A stretch of DNA of 62,950 nt, the filler included, from Folioceros fuciformis (lineage: Eukaryota), in NCBI GenBank assembly GCA_049999805.1. It is 4 parts of 4 records of this genome, joined end to end, with 100 filler letters (N's around TTAATTAATTAA, not from the genome) between each part and the next. Parts side by side here need not be neighbours in the genome. Positions count along the whole stretch, not along the records: positions 14,270 to 41,669 come from JBNGIO010006186.1; 3 more parts are not named here. One strand, written 5' to 3'. Positions 26,011 through 36,517 of this stretch are shown piece by piece (position 1 is the stretch's first letter; each line of letters starts with the position of its first letter). The notes beneath the pieces were generated by a model. It was not told where the DNA came from. It did not search any database and saw only the letters and a list, made by a program, of their open reading frames with translations. The position numbers were made by a program, and so were the translations under genes.

Positions 26011-27101
26011 ATGGCAGCCTCGGACGGCACCAGCGTGTCGCCAGTAGCTTCGGCAAGTAAGAAGACCGGCAACCTGAGTGATCCCTACTCCCTCAAGCGC
26101 ATCCTGGACGAAACTGCAAATGAGGTATCTGGAGCTGCGGCGCCGGCCCAGGGACCAGGCAGTGTTGGCTGAGTTGCATTTCTCCGGAATTGTGATGCGG
26201 TCGGGATATTTGCAGCAGGATAACGGAGCTTTTCAAGCCTTGCCAAGGTTTTGTTGAATTTGGAGTGTGTTGGGATTGGCATTGCAGTTAATTCTGGGAC
26301 GCGGGTACACGGAGGATCACACTCTCAGCAATTTGAAGGTGATCATCGGTTTGGCGGCATGTGGTGTAGCTGCTGCTGCGCAGTTCTATCCGAAGAAGTT
26401 TCCGGAGAACAAGCCGGTTCTCATAGCCTGCATCGTGTTATATCCAACCAGGATGAAGCCGAGGAATGACTGTCTTTGTTTGCTTGATGAGGTGATAATT
26501 GACAGCTGTGGTGGTCGTTTGTGGTTGTTGCTTGTGTGGTCTTGCCTGGTTGATTTTGCTGGTGGATTAGGTGCCAAACTGTTGTAAATATTGCCTCCTT
26601 GACTCTGGCAAGTACTTGATTTTGAACGTGCTCCTGCAACTTCTCATGATGGTCAAGGAGAAGAATCATATCCTTTTCACACATCCGTTTCCTGTAAGCT
26701 CTTCTTCCCTGGATGTTCGTTGTTGGACTCTGTGAATGAAGTATGTTCTGCTCGCTGACAGAGGGACTTGCAGGGGTCATTTAGCAGCACAGGGTTGGCT
26801 GTATCAGCAAAGCTTCCACGGTACTCGGATTTGTATTCATTACGCATAGCGAGCTCTGACCCTCGGTCCATTGCGGCACATGCCCCAGTCGAGCTGACAA
26901 AGAGCGTGACGAAGTGGTAGGCTGATCCCCTCACATGTGCATGTTGGAGTCAACCAACTCTAACTCCCCTCAATCGCTAACGATCAGTTGGGTTGCCATT
27001 GTAGGTTCACGAAAGACGGCGTTCTTGCGGAAGGAATTTTTCAAGACGACGTAGAAAGGCTTCTAGATGAGTTTCAAAAGGAGCCTAAGAAGTCCAAATA
27101 G
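26011..27101 (+). CDS. SPCS2: Signal peptidase complex subunit 2 (SPC25); exons 26011-26124, 26288-26439, 26612-26693, 26774-26916, 27005-27101
   Basis: Spliced product has SLKRILDET, GYTEDHTLSN, FYPKKFPENK, KEKNHILFT, SAKLPRYSDLY, KSVTKWFTKDG and a C-terminal KKSK ER-retrieval motif; intron 2 is non-canonical. Confidence 0.88.
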
Positions 27102-27374
27102 CCATGACTGACAGACGGCGTTCTCAGTTCTGGAGGTTCATTTCTACGTTCTGGTGAGAAAAATTGTAGCTGTTCCGTTGTTTTTGCGTAGGACTGCGAA
27201 AACGAGAAGATCGTAATCCAACATATTTGATTCTCGATTTCTTGTACACGGTTGAGACAGTGCATCTACCTTAGCTGCGTTTCATCAGCAGGAACTGCTT
27301 GGACAGCACTAGTGGGAGTGAGATATTTGGAGTCCCAACCAGCCAACCCCAAATTCTTGTACACCATACGTATT

Positions 27375-28670
27375 CTAATTGGACTTGGAGGAGGAGATTC
27401 GTGCCGACTCTTCCTGCGAAGATGGGAAGAGTTCGACATATCTTCTGCCTATGGTCATCTTGTCCTTACACATGGCTGCCTTGGACACTGCAGCATCAGC
27501 AAACTCTACATACGCTTCCCCTGTAGCCCGGCCATCCGAGTGGGTGACGATGTGCACTTGCTCATCCGTGAGGTTAAACCCCCGAAAGAACTCCAGGATG
27601 TCCCGCTTGCAGGTGGAGAAGGGCAGCCCCCGCAGCTTGAGCACCCCGGTGTGCTCCATATTCTCCTTGTCAGTAGAGAGCTTGCTGGCCTGGGCCCCCG
27701 CAGCAGGAGGAGTAGCAGTACCAGCAGCAGCAGCTGATGTTGCTGCTGCTGCTGCTGCTTGGGTTGCAAGAGGAGCATAATCCTCCCTGGGCTCTGCAAC
27801 CTCCGCTGCCACTGCCATGTAGTAGTCCTGCTTCTTGCTGCGGAACACCTCAATGTAGCGGCGGCCCATGTTCAGCCGGTTCCTCTGCAAGGCAAAATCT
27901 ACCTGCATGGGGGCCCCAAAGACCACAAAAGCTTCTCCGGAGAAGCGGCCCCCCTTGTGCTGCAGCAGCACATCCACCACATCCAGGCCTGCAAAAAACT
28001 CAAAGACATCGCTCTCTATGCAGTTAAAGGGCAGGCCCCGAAGGCGAACCACCGGGAACGGTCGAGGCTGCCCCAGCAGCACGGATGCAATCGAGGGGGC
28101 CCCGTATGCAAGCCCGGCCACCTGAAGGGAGGCCGGCGAGCTTGCAAAGTAGGAGCCAGCATCCATCAACCGCTGCCGTTTGGACCCAACCATGTCGTAT
28201 CCACCTGTACCTTCCCCGCTGCCCAACATATTCCTTCATCCCAGCCCGCCCCCCACAACTCACCCGTCAATACATGCCAACCCAACCCTCCCGCAAAGCA
28301 GATCACTTCTGCTCTCTCTTTACCCCTCTCTTTCCCGCAGCAGCTATTCACACCCACACGGCACTGCACTGCACTGCTGGAAATTACGCAAACCCAACAT
28401 GACCTACGACAAGCTGAAAGGGGACTGACTGATGGACTGACTGCCTGAGCGGCTGGAGCATCAAGCACTACGTTGCTCCGATCCATGGCAACCAAAGAAC
28501 CAATACCATAAAGCGGACGCAGAAGCATCAAAAGCCACCGAGCCGGGGCTCAGCATGGCGGCTCCTCTCAGCGTAGGCTGTGCACACCTGAAACAAGGAA
28601 GGAAAGGAAGCAGGTACTTTAACAGGAATGCTAGTATCCTAGCCTTTCACCCTTACCCTCTTGCGAACAT
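27375..28670 (-). CDS. hnRNP F/H-like quasi-RRM RNA-binding protein; micro-exon 1 28670-28657 (MFARG), exon 2 28233-27375
   Basis: Two qRRMs (VVRLRGLPF…GEAFV…MGRRYIEVF; LKLRGLPF…GEAYVEF…IGRRYVELF) joined by an Ala-rich linker. ATG TTC GCA AGA GG|GTAAGG splices in frame. Confidence 0.88.
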
Positions 28671-29039
28671 GGCTCGCTCTGACACCCCTTGCTCCACCAC
28701 CACCACCCCCTCTCTCCCTCCCCGGTCCCTGTGCTGTGATGCGGGATCAAGCACCACCACTTTACTCCCAAGCCATGCAGATGGGTGCATTGGTAACCCC
28801 CACTCAACCCGATCTCCGACAAGCCTCAAGTTCCACACCAACCACAGAGCGGATCCCCTTTACATTTCAAGCTCAGCTATCACATCGCGCCTCCCATGCT
28901 TCCGGATCGTGCATCACCGAGACCATCTCACATCCACCTTCCCCTTGCAAACTCGGATGCACGCACCCTGGAACAAGCTTATTTCCCTCAAACCCTATGT
29001 TGCTTGCTTCTCCAGTTAATCAACATTGTGACAGACAAA

Positions 29040-29596
29040 ATGACGGAAAGGACAATGAGACCTTTCAAAGGGCCCGCAGCGTGCAGGGGCTGTTCATGAC
29101 TCTTCTTTCCCGTTCCGTATGGATTGTCTCAAATCAAAACTTCTGCTGTGCTCTTCAGGAGATGCTCACCCTCTTGGCATCGTGAGATTGACAATCTGCT
29201 GCCAAGATCCGGGGAAAATGTTATTTGAATCTTCTCCGGATTTTGCCTTGTCGTTCGTTCGAACGTTCGTCCCTCTGCTTCGTGTACAAGACTGGCGGAT
29301 TTTTTATGGTATCGGATGTGCTCAGGCTCACTCAGTGAGACAGCACCCCGCACACACACATTCACAGCTGCATTTTGCCTGCACGTTGCCTTCCATCACA
29401 AGGCTTGCCGATCTCAGTTCCCATTGAGTATGCTGAGGGTGCATGGCCTCAGATTAATATGTCGTGTTGCCGTAGAGACCTCGCTGCAGGGTGGTGTGGT
29501 AGACGGATTACTCCCACTCATCTGCTGCGTGTATCGGCAGAATTTTCCATGCAGGAGATTGAGAGCCACAACAAGCCGGAAGCTGAGTTCAAGTGA
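29040..29596 (+). CDS. Putative 52-aa micro-exon protein of unknown function; exons 29040-29080, 29159-29181, 29291-29308, 29418-29438, 29541-29596
   Basis: Four GT-AG introns of 78, 109, 109 and 102 bp join phase-compatibly into MTERTMRPFKGPAARCSPSWHHWRIFYVPIEYAEEFSMQEIESHNKPEAEFK*. Assembled by eye; no homolog recognised. Confidence 0.45.
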
Positions 29597-30463
29597 AGCC
29601 GGTCGCTCACTTTGCGTCTGCCCTGTGGGAGATACTAAGACTCTTCTAATCAAAGTGTCTCTGCGTGCGGCCATTTCAGCTGAGTGCCCGTTCACTATGC
29701 CGCGAAAGCGACGGCAGAAAGTGTGGCAGGAGGATTCAACCTCCACTAAGTCTCTACTCAATATTCCAATATATTCATAATAATTTATCCCATAAATTTA
29801 AACAGTCCGTTGTCGTAACGTCATGCCACAGCAGTTTGCACCCCACGACACGGCTGTGACTGGACCCACAGGGCTTTCTAATTATTTTTTTGTTTGGGTT
29901 GACATTTTCTCTGTGTTCCAGCCCTGGTTGCATCTGAGGCACTGCAAGAAGAAGGCAAACCTTCCGGGAGATTTTTCCGATCTGTTTATTCCAGGCTTGC
30001 TGCAGTTGGTGAGGGGAAGCCCTGTGCTGCTATTTTCCCGCCTTTCTGTGGTGCAATTTTTTCTCCCGAATCTGTGCATCTCCCCTTAGATACAGATAAT
30101 TGATTGTGGTAGATGAAGATTCATTCCTAGAGGCCGACTATAGGCAAGTGGTTGTGGGATAAAAACAAGAAGCTCTCAACAAAACCAATATCAGGTAACT
30201 GGTTGTGAGGAAAATGTAACAAGCTCGCTACCCGAACAGAAATTGCAGCAGAAGCACACACGTACTATCTCGCTGTACCTTTCATGCGTCTAAGTAAAAA
30301 TGTGCAATGCTTTCCTACCTGATGGCGGGGATATGTCAAGTTTTATGACGGGTGGGAGAAGTCCAACGCCATGGTGAAAAGAATCGTGACTTGAAGAACA
30401 GCATGCAATTTTCTCATGCCTCCGGCTCCATGTCGAGCACACACAGATTGTGGGAAGAAGGGA

Positions 30464-32660
30464 TCACCGGAGCTGTAAAATGGAGAGTCCGAGACACAGC
30501 CCAAAAAGTACAGGAACCCAAGCGCTGATAGAGGGAGACAAGATACCCGCGTATCCAGCGCCGCCACACAAACCAGAAATCCCCATGTACAGCACGACAC
30601 AAAGAATTGAGATGACAAAAGGTTTGCTTCTTTTTTTTGAAGACGTGCTTGTGCTAGTACAGCTTGACAGAGTTGCTGTAGCCCCAATCTGCCAAATAGG
30701 AGAATCAGTGCAGTATGTGAGGATGGCATTGAGGGCACAGACCTCATGAGCCTTAGAACCTATCAGGATCACATAATACAGTCATTCATGAAGTGCCTAC
30801 TAAGGTGGAACAAAGCACATGATCACATGTGATAAGCTTACCAAGCCATACGCTATACAAGACACTGCTGCAGCATCACGCTGATGAAGTGCACACTTCA
30901 AAGCTACGACCTCTTTTTCATCTCCTGAAAGGCTTTTCTTCTCCCTCAGCTGCATCCATCTGCTTGTCATAGACCACCTCTGTTCACCACTCTCAAGAAA
31001 GCCCCTTGGACTTGGACTTGGTGCAATATTTTGGCCGGTGGCCTTGCTGCTGGAACCTTTGAGCTCAAGAGTGGCGATGTCATGAAGTAGTTGCATCCTT
31101 GTGCGATTTGCAGGACTGGAACCGCTCCCTGGACTTATATGTGCTAGGCTCATACCAGGGACTTGAAGAGAATCTGCCTGCAAGTTTGCCGCCGTCATGC
31201 ACAATATGCTGCGTTCAACAGCCCACACTCAACGGGTTGAGATACTTTACCTGCAGCATGGGGCAAGTGGACGGATGTTGAGATAATTCGACAACTGCAG
31301 CCTTGCGGAGTTCAAACGCACCCTCATGTGGTTTCCATTCACACTCCTCGGCAAGAACCACCTGTACAGCAGGAAAAGTAGCATTTGTGACTCATGATGA
31401 GTAAGGGCTTGGTAATGGTGGGACATCAAAGCGCTAGCACACGGAACTTCTTGATAACGTACATGCTCAACTTGGCCGCTAGATGACAGATCTAAAAGCA
31501 CAAGACCCGACATATGGGCACCTTTCATCTTCTGGGCATACCAGATCTGCTGCAAGACTCTCTTCGTTGTCGATCTGGCTGGCTCATGTTCCTTGCTGTC
31601 AGTCACAACCGCCGTGCCTGCACAGTGTCACATATTGTCAGTAGCAGAAGAGGACACCATAGCCACAAACAACAAAAACGACCCCCTGACTGACGCAGAC
31701 CATAACGAGGATAAGAAATGTCTTCATTTTGCCGTAGGTTCTGTATGTGCGTTGTGAGAGCGCCTTCGACCATCTTGCGACCACTGGATGTAGCATTGTC
31801 ACCATTCAGACACCAGAGCACCTTGCTTCATGGTGCTCAAACCGGAGTCCATGGCACACAACAACTTACTGGGAGCTACAAAAAGGCACCAGGAAGTCAT
31901 TGCAGGCAAGCTTCAGCAAGACAGCTGCCCCACAAAGACAGGCAGGAGCTATCAGCATCCGCCACAATGGAACTCCTGCAGCCAACAGCGCGACGATTTC
32001 GTTGTCGGCCTGCCACAGCAAAGTCCATCATCCATCAACTTCTGCCAACGCCACCCGCCGACAGGATGAATGTACTCAGATGGACATTCGTCACCACCTT
32101 CAAACGCCCGAGACCAAACAAGGTTGCAACCATGCAAGCCATGGGCATAATCTGCGACGCGAAAAACGGCAGCTGCAGCGTTGCAGCACCCAGTGCAACA
32201 GCCAAAGGCAAACCTGCCCACTCCAAACACCATGACCACCTCAGCCACCCACCAGAATATCATTAGCAAGATGAATCCAAAGCTCAGTACACTGAACCAC
32301 ACCTGATGCCACAACCTCCCTCACAAGGCCTACAAGAGTTCCCAGTGACAGCCCCAAAGTCGTCCCCACACCCAACGCAATAGCAAATGGCGGCACCATC
32401 TCCCTGAACAAGTAGCCATCTAGAAGAGGCAATTTCGCTCCGCCCTTGAATCCCCCCCATCTTCCACTAGACGCCCCAAGCCCAGTATCTCGCCGGCCAC
32501 TTCTCATGCAAAGCCAGATGTGTGAACTCCATGTGGCAGGAACAGGACGCCACTCTTTACCACTCGGTCTCCCGATGCTGCGCCCTCTTCTCCAGCTGGG
32601 AACATGTTTCGCAAGCTCGGCAGGATGCTGGGGCTGCGAGCACACGAGGTGAAGATTCAT
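30464..32660 (-). CDS. LptF/LptG (YjgP/YjgQ, Ycf84-like) permease with a transit-peptide-like N-terminus, multi-exon
   Basis: Spliced segments: LDGYLFREMVPPF; GLPLAVALGAATLQLPFF…MPMACMVATLFGLGRLKADNEIVALLAAGVPLWRMLIAP…NDFLVP; WYAQKMKGAHMSGLVLLD; LHQRDAAAVSCIAYGL; LSPSISAWVPVLFGL. This is the 3TM-periplasmic-3TM pattern of the family. Confidence 0.78.
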
Positions 32661-33151
32661 CGCGCCCCTCACCCATCTGCCAAATTAGTCACACACAACC
32701 ATTACGAGGCCACGAGCGGGCTCTGAAACGGAGGACGATTCTGGTCCAACATGGTTGTTTAGCACATAGCGTGCGTTCGTCACCAGTGCTAACCAAATTG
32801 GGCATGTGCAACGTCTATCCTGCTTTCCTGTCTGATCTTCCTGCTCGCACGGATCTTGGGGTTCTGCCTGAAATGCCTGGTGGACAAATGTAGATTCAGA
32901 ACTGAGGATATGGTGCAGGAGACGCTGGGAAAGAACGTTGGGACATTCACCACTTTCATCAGTTGTGGACATGGCAGGGACGCATGGCTGAATTCAAGGC
33001 CGGGGAATTGCGCTCTCAGTTTCTTTTGCATTCAAGCTCTCCGGCTTCGGGCTAATGGGAGCCAGCTCGTATGCTTTTGTGACGGTACCCGGGCGTCCTG
33101 GCATAGTCTGTTGTTTGACTCATCTTCCGACACCTATCCTATCCCTGAACG

Positions 33152-36040
33152 ATGGCCACAGCATGGCAATCGGACCCGCTGTGGACCCAACACATTGTTG
33201 TGAGTACAGGGGTTCTATTAGGAGCTCCCGCTCACCTCACCGTTGGGAGTGAAGCCCTGGTCAACAAAGTCTCCAGACGCAGCAATGTGAGGAGCCTGGC
33301 AATGGGTGGGAACAGCTTTTCCAACGATGGTAGTCGCCAGAGGCAAGACTACTTGTGGCACCAAGTTTTTGCGGACCCTACCTTATGGTGGGACAGCAGA
33401 CGAGAAAAGAAGAGATCCCGTTCGCCTGACGCCCAGCGTAAGGAGTCTGGCAAGTTGCAGTGTGTAGACAACATGTCTAGGCCAGCTGGGGTTGATGACC
33501 AGCTCATTTCCTTGGATGTACAGATGGGTCAGGGTGCATCTCCTTCGAAATGGAGATCTCCGGATGGGGCTGAACCTGGCAGGCGTGATGGATGGGAAAT
33601 GGACGTCGTAACAGCTGGAACCGTGAGCACGTTATGTCAGCAGGGGAAGCTTTCTGAGGCCATTGGGGCTCTAGAGTCTCTGGCGCAGACAGACTCTGCT
33701 ATTTCTCAGTCTCTGTTGTACAATTTGCTGAAGTTGTGTACAGCTAAGAAGGATTTGGTTGTGGGGCGACGAGTTCATGATCTCGCTGTCAAACTTGGGT
33801 ACGATTCAAATGCATTCTTGGGGAACCATATCTTGCGCATGTATGCAAGGGAAGGGAGGCTAGAAGAGGCCATGGATGTGTTCACCAGGGTGGATAAACC
33901 AAATGCCTTCATCTGGGTTTCCATAATCTCTGCACATGCGAAGTATGGGAGGCCTAAAGATGCCATACAACTGTACCATGAGATGCGTAGGTCAGGACTG
34001 GAGGTGGATGCTCATGTGTTTGTAGCTGCCCTTCAAGCTTGCGCATTTGCCGGCGACTTGGAATCCGGCAGAAGAGTGCACTATGATTTTCTGCAGAGTG
34101 GGATTCCCACAAACTTGTTTGTTGGCACCTCCCTGGTGGACATGTATGCAAAATGTGGAGAACTGGAAGATGCACGTAGGGTTTTTGACAGCTTGGCTGC
34201 AAAAAGTGTGGTAACATGGACTGCCCTGCTTGCGGGGTACGCAAATCATGGGTTCAGCCAAGACGCGCTTCTTTTGTATGGGCAAATGGAGGAGGAGGGT
34301 CTGACTGTGGCCGATCATGTTACTTTTGCTTGCCTTCTGAGGGCTTGTGCAAGCACGGGTGCCATACAGAAGGGCAGGCAGCTGCACTCTCAGATTGTGA
34401 AAAGAGGACAGCTGCCTGACCTCCTTTTGGGCAACTGCCTGGTGGATATGTATTCAAAATGTGGTGAACTGAATGATGCTCGCCAGGTTTTTGACAGCTT
34501 GGCCACAAAAGATGTGGTGACATGGACGTCGATGATTGCTGGGTACGTCCAGCAGGAACTCGGGCATGAGGCACTTATTTTGTACGAACAAATGGAGCAA
34601 GAGGGCCTAGTGTTGGCTAACCATGTCACTTTTGCTTGCCTTCTAATGGCGTGTGCAAGCACAGGTGCCTCACAGAAGGGCAGGCGGCTGCACTCACAAA
34701 TAGTTGAACGAGGACTGCTGGATGACGTAGTGTTGGGCAACTGTCTGGTGGGCATGTATGCCAAATTTGGTGAGATGGAGAATGCACGCCAGGTTTTTGA
34801 AAGCTTGGTCACCAAAAATGTGGTGACATGGACAGCGCTGATTGCTGGGTATGCACAGCAAGGACTCGGCCATGAGGCGCTGGTTCTGTATGGACAAATG
34901 GAGGAGGAGGGCCTCTTTTTGGCTGATGATGTTACATTTTCTTGCCTTCTAAACGCCTGTGCAAGCACTGGCGCTTTACAAAAGGGCCGGCAGCTGCACT
35001 CTGAGCTTGTCAAACGAGGACTGCTGGATGACGTCGTGGTGGGCACCTGCCTGGTGGACATGTACGCAAAATGTGGAGAACTTGTAGAGGCACGCCGGGT
35101 CTTCGACAGCTTGGCCACAAAGAATCTGGTGACATGGAATGCCCTGATATGTGGGTATGGTACCTGCGATGAGGGTCACAGTGCGCTAGCTTGTTTTGAG
35201 GAGATGTTAGCTGCCGACATCCAGCCGGATGGCGTTACTTTTACTTGCCTTCTAGTAGCGTGTAGTCATGCAGGACTGGTTCAGGAGGGTCGCAATCACT
35301 TTGAATCCATCGCTGAACAACATGGCATCAAACCCACTATTGAGCATTACGTTTGCATGATTGATCTTCTTGGGCGTGCAGGCCATTTAGATGAGGCTGA
35401 AAACATGCTCCTATCATGTGAAGGCCAAAGTAATGTTGTGGGCTTGACATCTTTCTTGAATGCCTGCAAAAGTCACGGGGATTTAGAGAGGGCGAGGTGG
35501 TGTTTTGAAAGGATTGTTAAGCTAGATCCGCAAGGGGCATCAGCGTATGTGCTCATGGCCAATGCCTACGCAGATGCAGGTATGTGGATCGATGTAGAAA
35601 GGATTGAAACACAGAGAATGTTAGCAGGAGCTAACAAGAAACCTGCAGTGGCGACTATTGAGGTCAATATGCAGGTACATAGATTTCTGGTGGGAGAAAG
35701 GAGAGAGGATATTGCTCTTAAGGCAGTGAGCACGAATGCACGTATCAAGCAGGAAGGAGGGCACGTTCCTCAAACCAAGCTGGTATTGAAGCCAGGGTGT
35801 GAGAAGGACAAGGAAATTGCACTTTGCGGGCATGCTGAGAAGCTAGCTCTGGCATTTGGTCTCTTGCACACTCCAAGTGGAATACCTCTGGTGGTAACAA
35901 AGAATCTGCGGATGTGCAATGACTGCCACAGGTCCACGGAGATCATGTCAAGGCTTGAACACAGAGTCATTGTTGTCCGAGATGGGTACCGTGTGCATCG
36001 ATTTGCAGCTGGTTGTTGCAGTTGTAAAGGCCGACCTTAA
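33152..36040 (+). CDS. PLS-class PPR protein (~17 motifs) with a GRP-type DYW:KP domain and a degenerate N-terminal PDF-like motif
   Basis: Single ORF; KKPAVATIEV, LCGHAEKLA, CNDCH, CCSCKGRP*; N-terminal LWHQVFADPTLWWDSRREKKRSRSPDA. Confidence 0.93.
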   Translation: MATAWQSDPLWTQHIVVSTGVLLGAPAHLTVGSEALVNKVSRRSNVRSLAMGGNSFSNDGSRQRQDYLWHQVFADPTLWWDSRREKKRSRSPDAQRKESGKLQCVDNMSRPAGVDDQLISLDVQMGQGASPSKWRSPDGAEPGRRDGWEMDVVTAGTVSTLCQQGKLSEAIGALESLAQTDSAISQSLLYNLLKLCTAKKDLVVGRRVHDLAVKLGYDSNAFLGNHILRMYAREGRLEEAMDVFTRVDKPNAFIWVSIISAHAKYGRPKDAIQLYHEMRRSGLEVDAHVFVAALQACAFAGDLESGRRVHYDFLQSGIPTNLFVGTSLVDMYAKCGELEDARRVFDSLAAKSVVTWTALLAGYANHGFSQDALLLYGQMEEEGLTVADHVTFACLLRACASTGAIQKGRQLHSQIVKRGQLPDLLLGNCLVDMYSKCGELNDARQVFDSLATKDVVTWTSMIAGYVQQELGHEALILYEQMEQEGLVLANHVTFACLLMACASTGASQKGRRLHSQIVERGLLDDVVLGNCLVGMYAKFGEMENARQVFESLVTKNVVTWTALIAGYAQQGLGHEALVLYGQMEEEGLFLADDVTFSCLLNACASTGALQKGRQLHSELVKRGLLDDVVVGTCLVDMYAKCGELVEARRVFDSLATKNLVTWNALICGYGTCDEGHSALACFEEMLAADIQPDGVTFTCLLVACSHAGLVQEGRNHFESIAEQHGIKPTIEHYVCMIDLLGRAGHLDEAENMLLSCEGQSNVVGLTSFLNACKSHGDLERARWCFERIVKLDPQGASAYVLMANAYADAGMWIDVERIETQRMLAGANKKPAVATIEVNMQVHRFLVGERREDIALKAVSTNARIKQEGGHVPQTKLVLKPGCEKDKEIALCGHAEKLALAFGLLHTPSGIPLVVTKNLRMCNDCHRSTEIMSRLEHRVIVVRDGYRVHRFAAGCCSCKGRP

Positions 36041-36517
36041 GGCTCAGAATAGTGAAGAATCATCTAGCCAGTTCGATCTTGCTGAGCTACGGAGTCTGAA
36101 AGACCACCAAAATGATTCGTGAGGAATTTGTCTTTCTGCCTAGAAACACAGACGAATCCTTTTTCCCCATCTTAGTTTATCAAAAGTTCGGATTACTATA
36201 TTTCGAAAATAGAAACACTAACACCATTCCTGGTGTCATGGAATACATTATTTCTGTGTCTGAACAGTCATGGTGTCCAAGAACAGTATCCAGCTGTTGA
36301 AGGATCGTTGGGCTTCTTCGCCCGTCCGCCTTGTGAGCATGAGAGGTCCGGAAGACATGTCTCAAGCTGTGGGAACCAAGTTCCACGATGTTTGTCAAGG
36401 GGCCAGTCACAGCGGCCTTGATCCGCCTCACCCACAACTTCGGCGCTATGCTGCCCATCGGGTAGCGATTTGGCGCTCGACCTGGGGAACAGGTTGAGCT
36501 CATTCGCTGCCCTGGCC

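Noticed and set aside
29490-29498. Extra 9-nt micro-exon in the putative small gene
   Set aside because: It would need 51- and 42-bp introns, shorter than any other intron seen here; a single 102-bp intron is more plausible.
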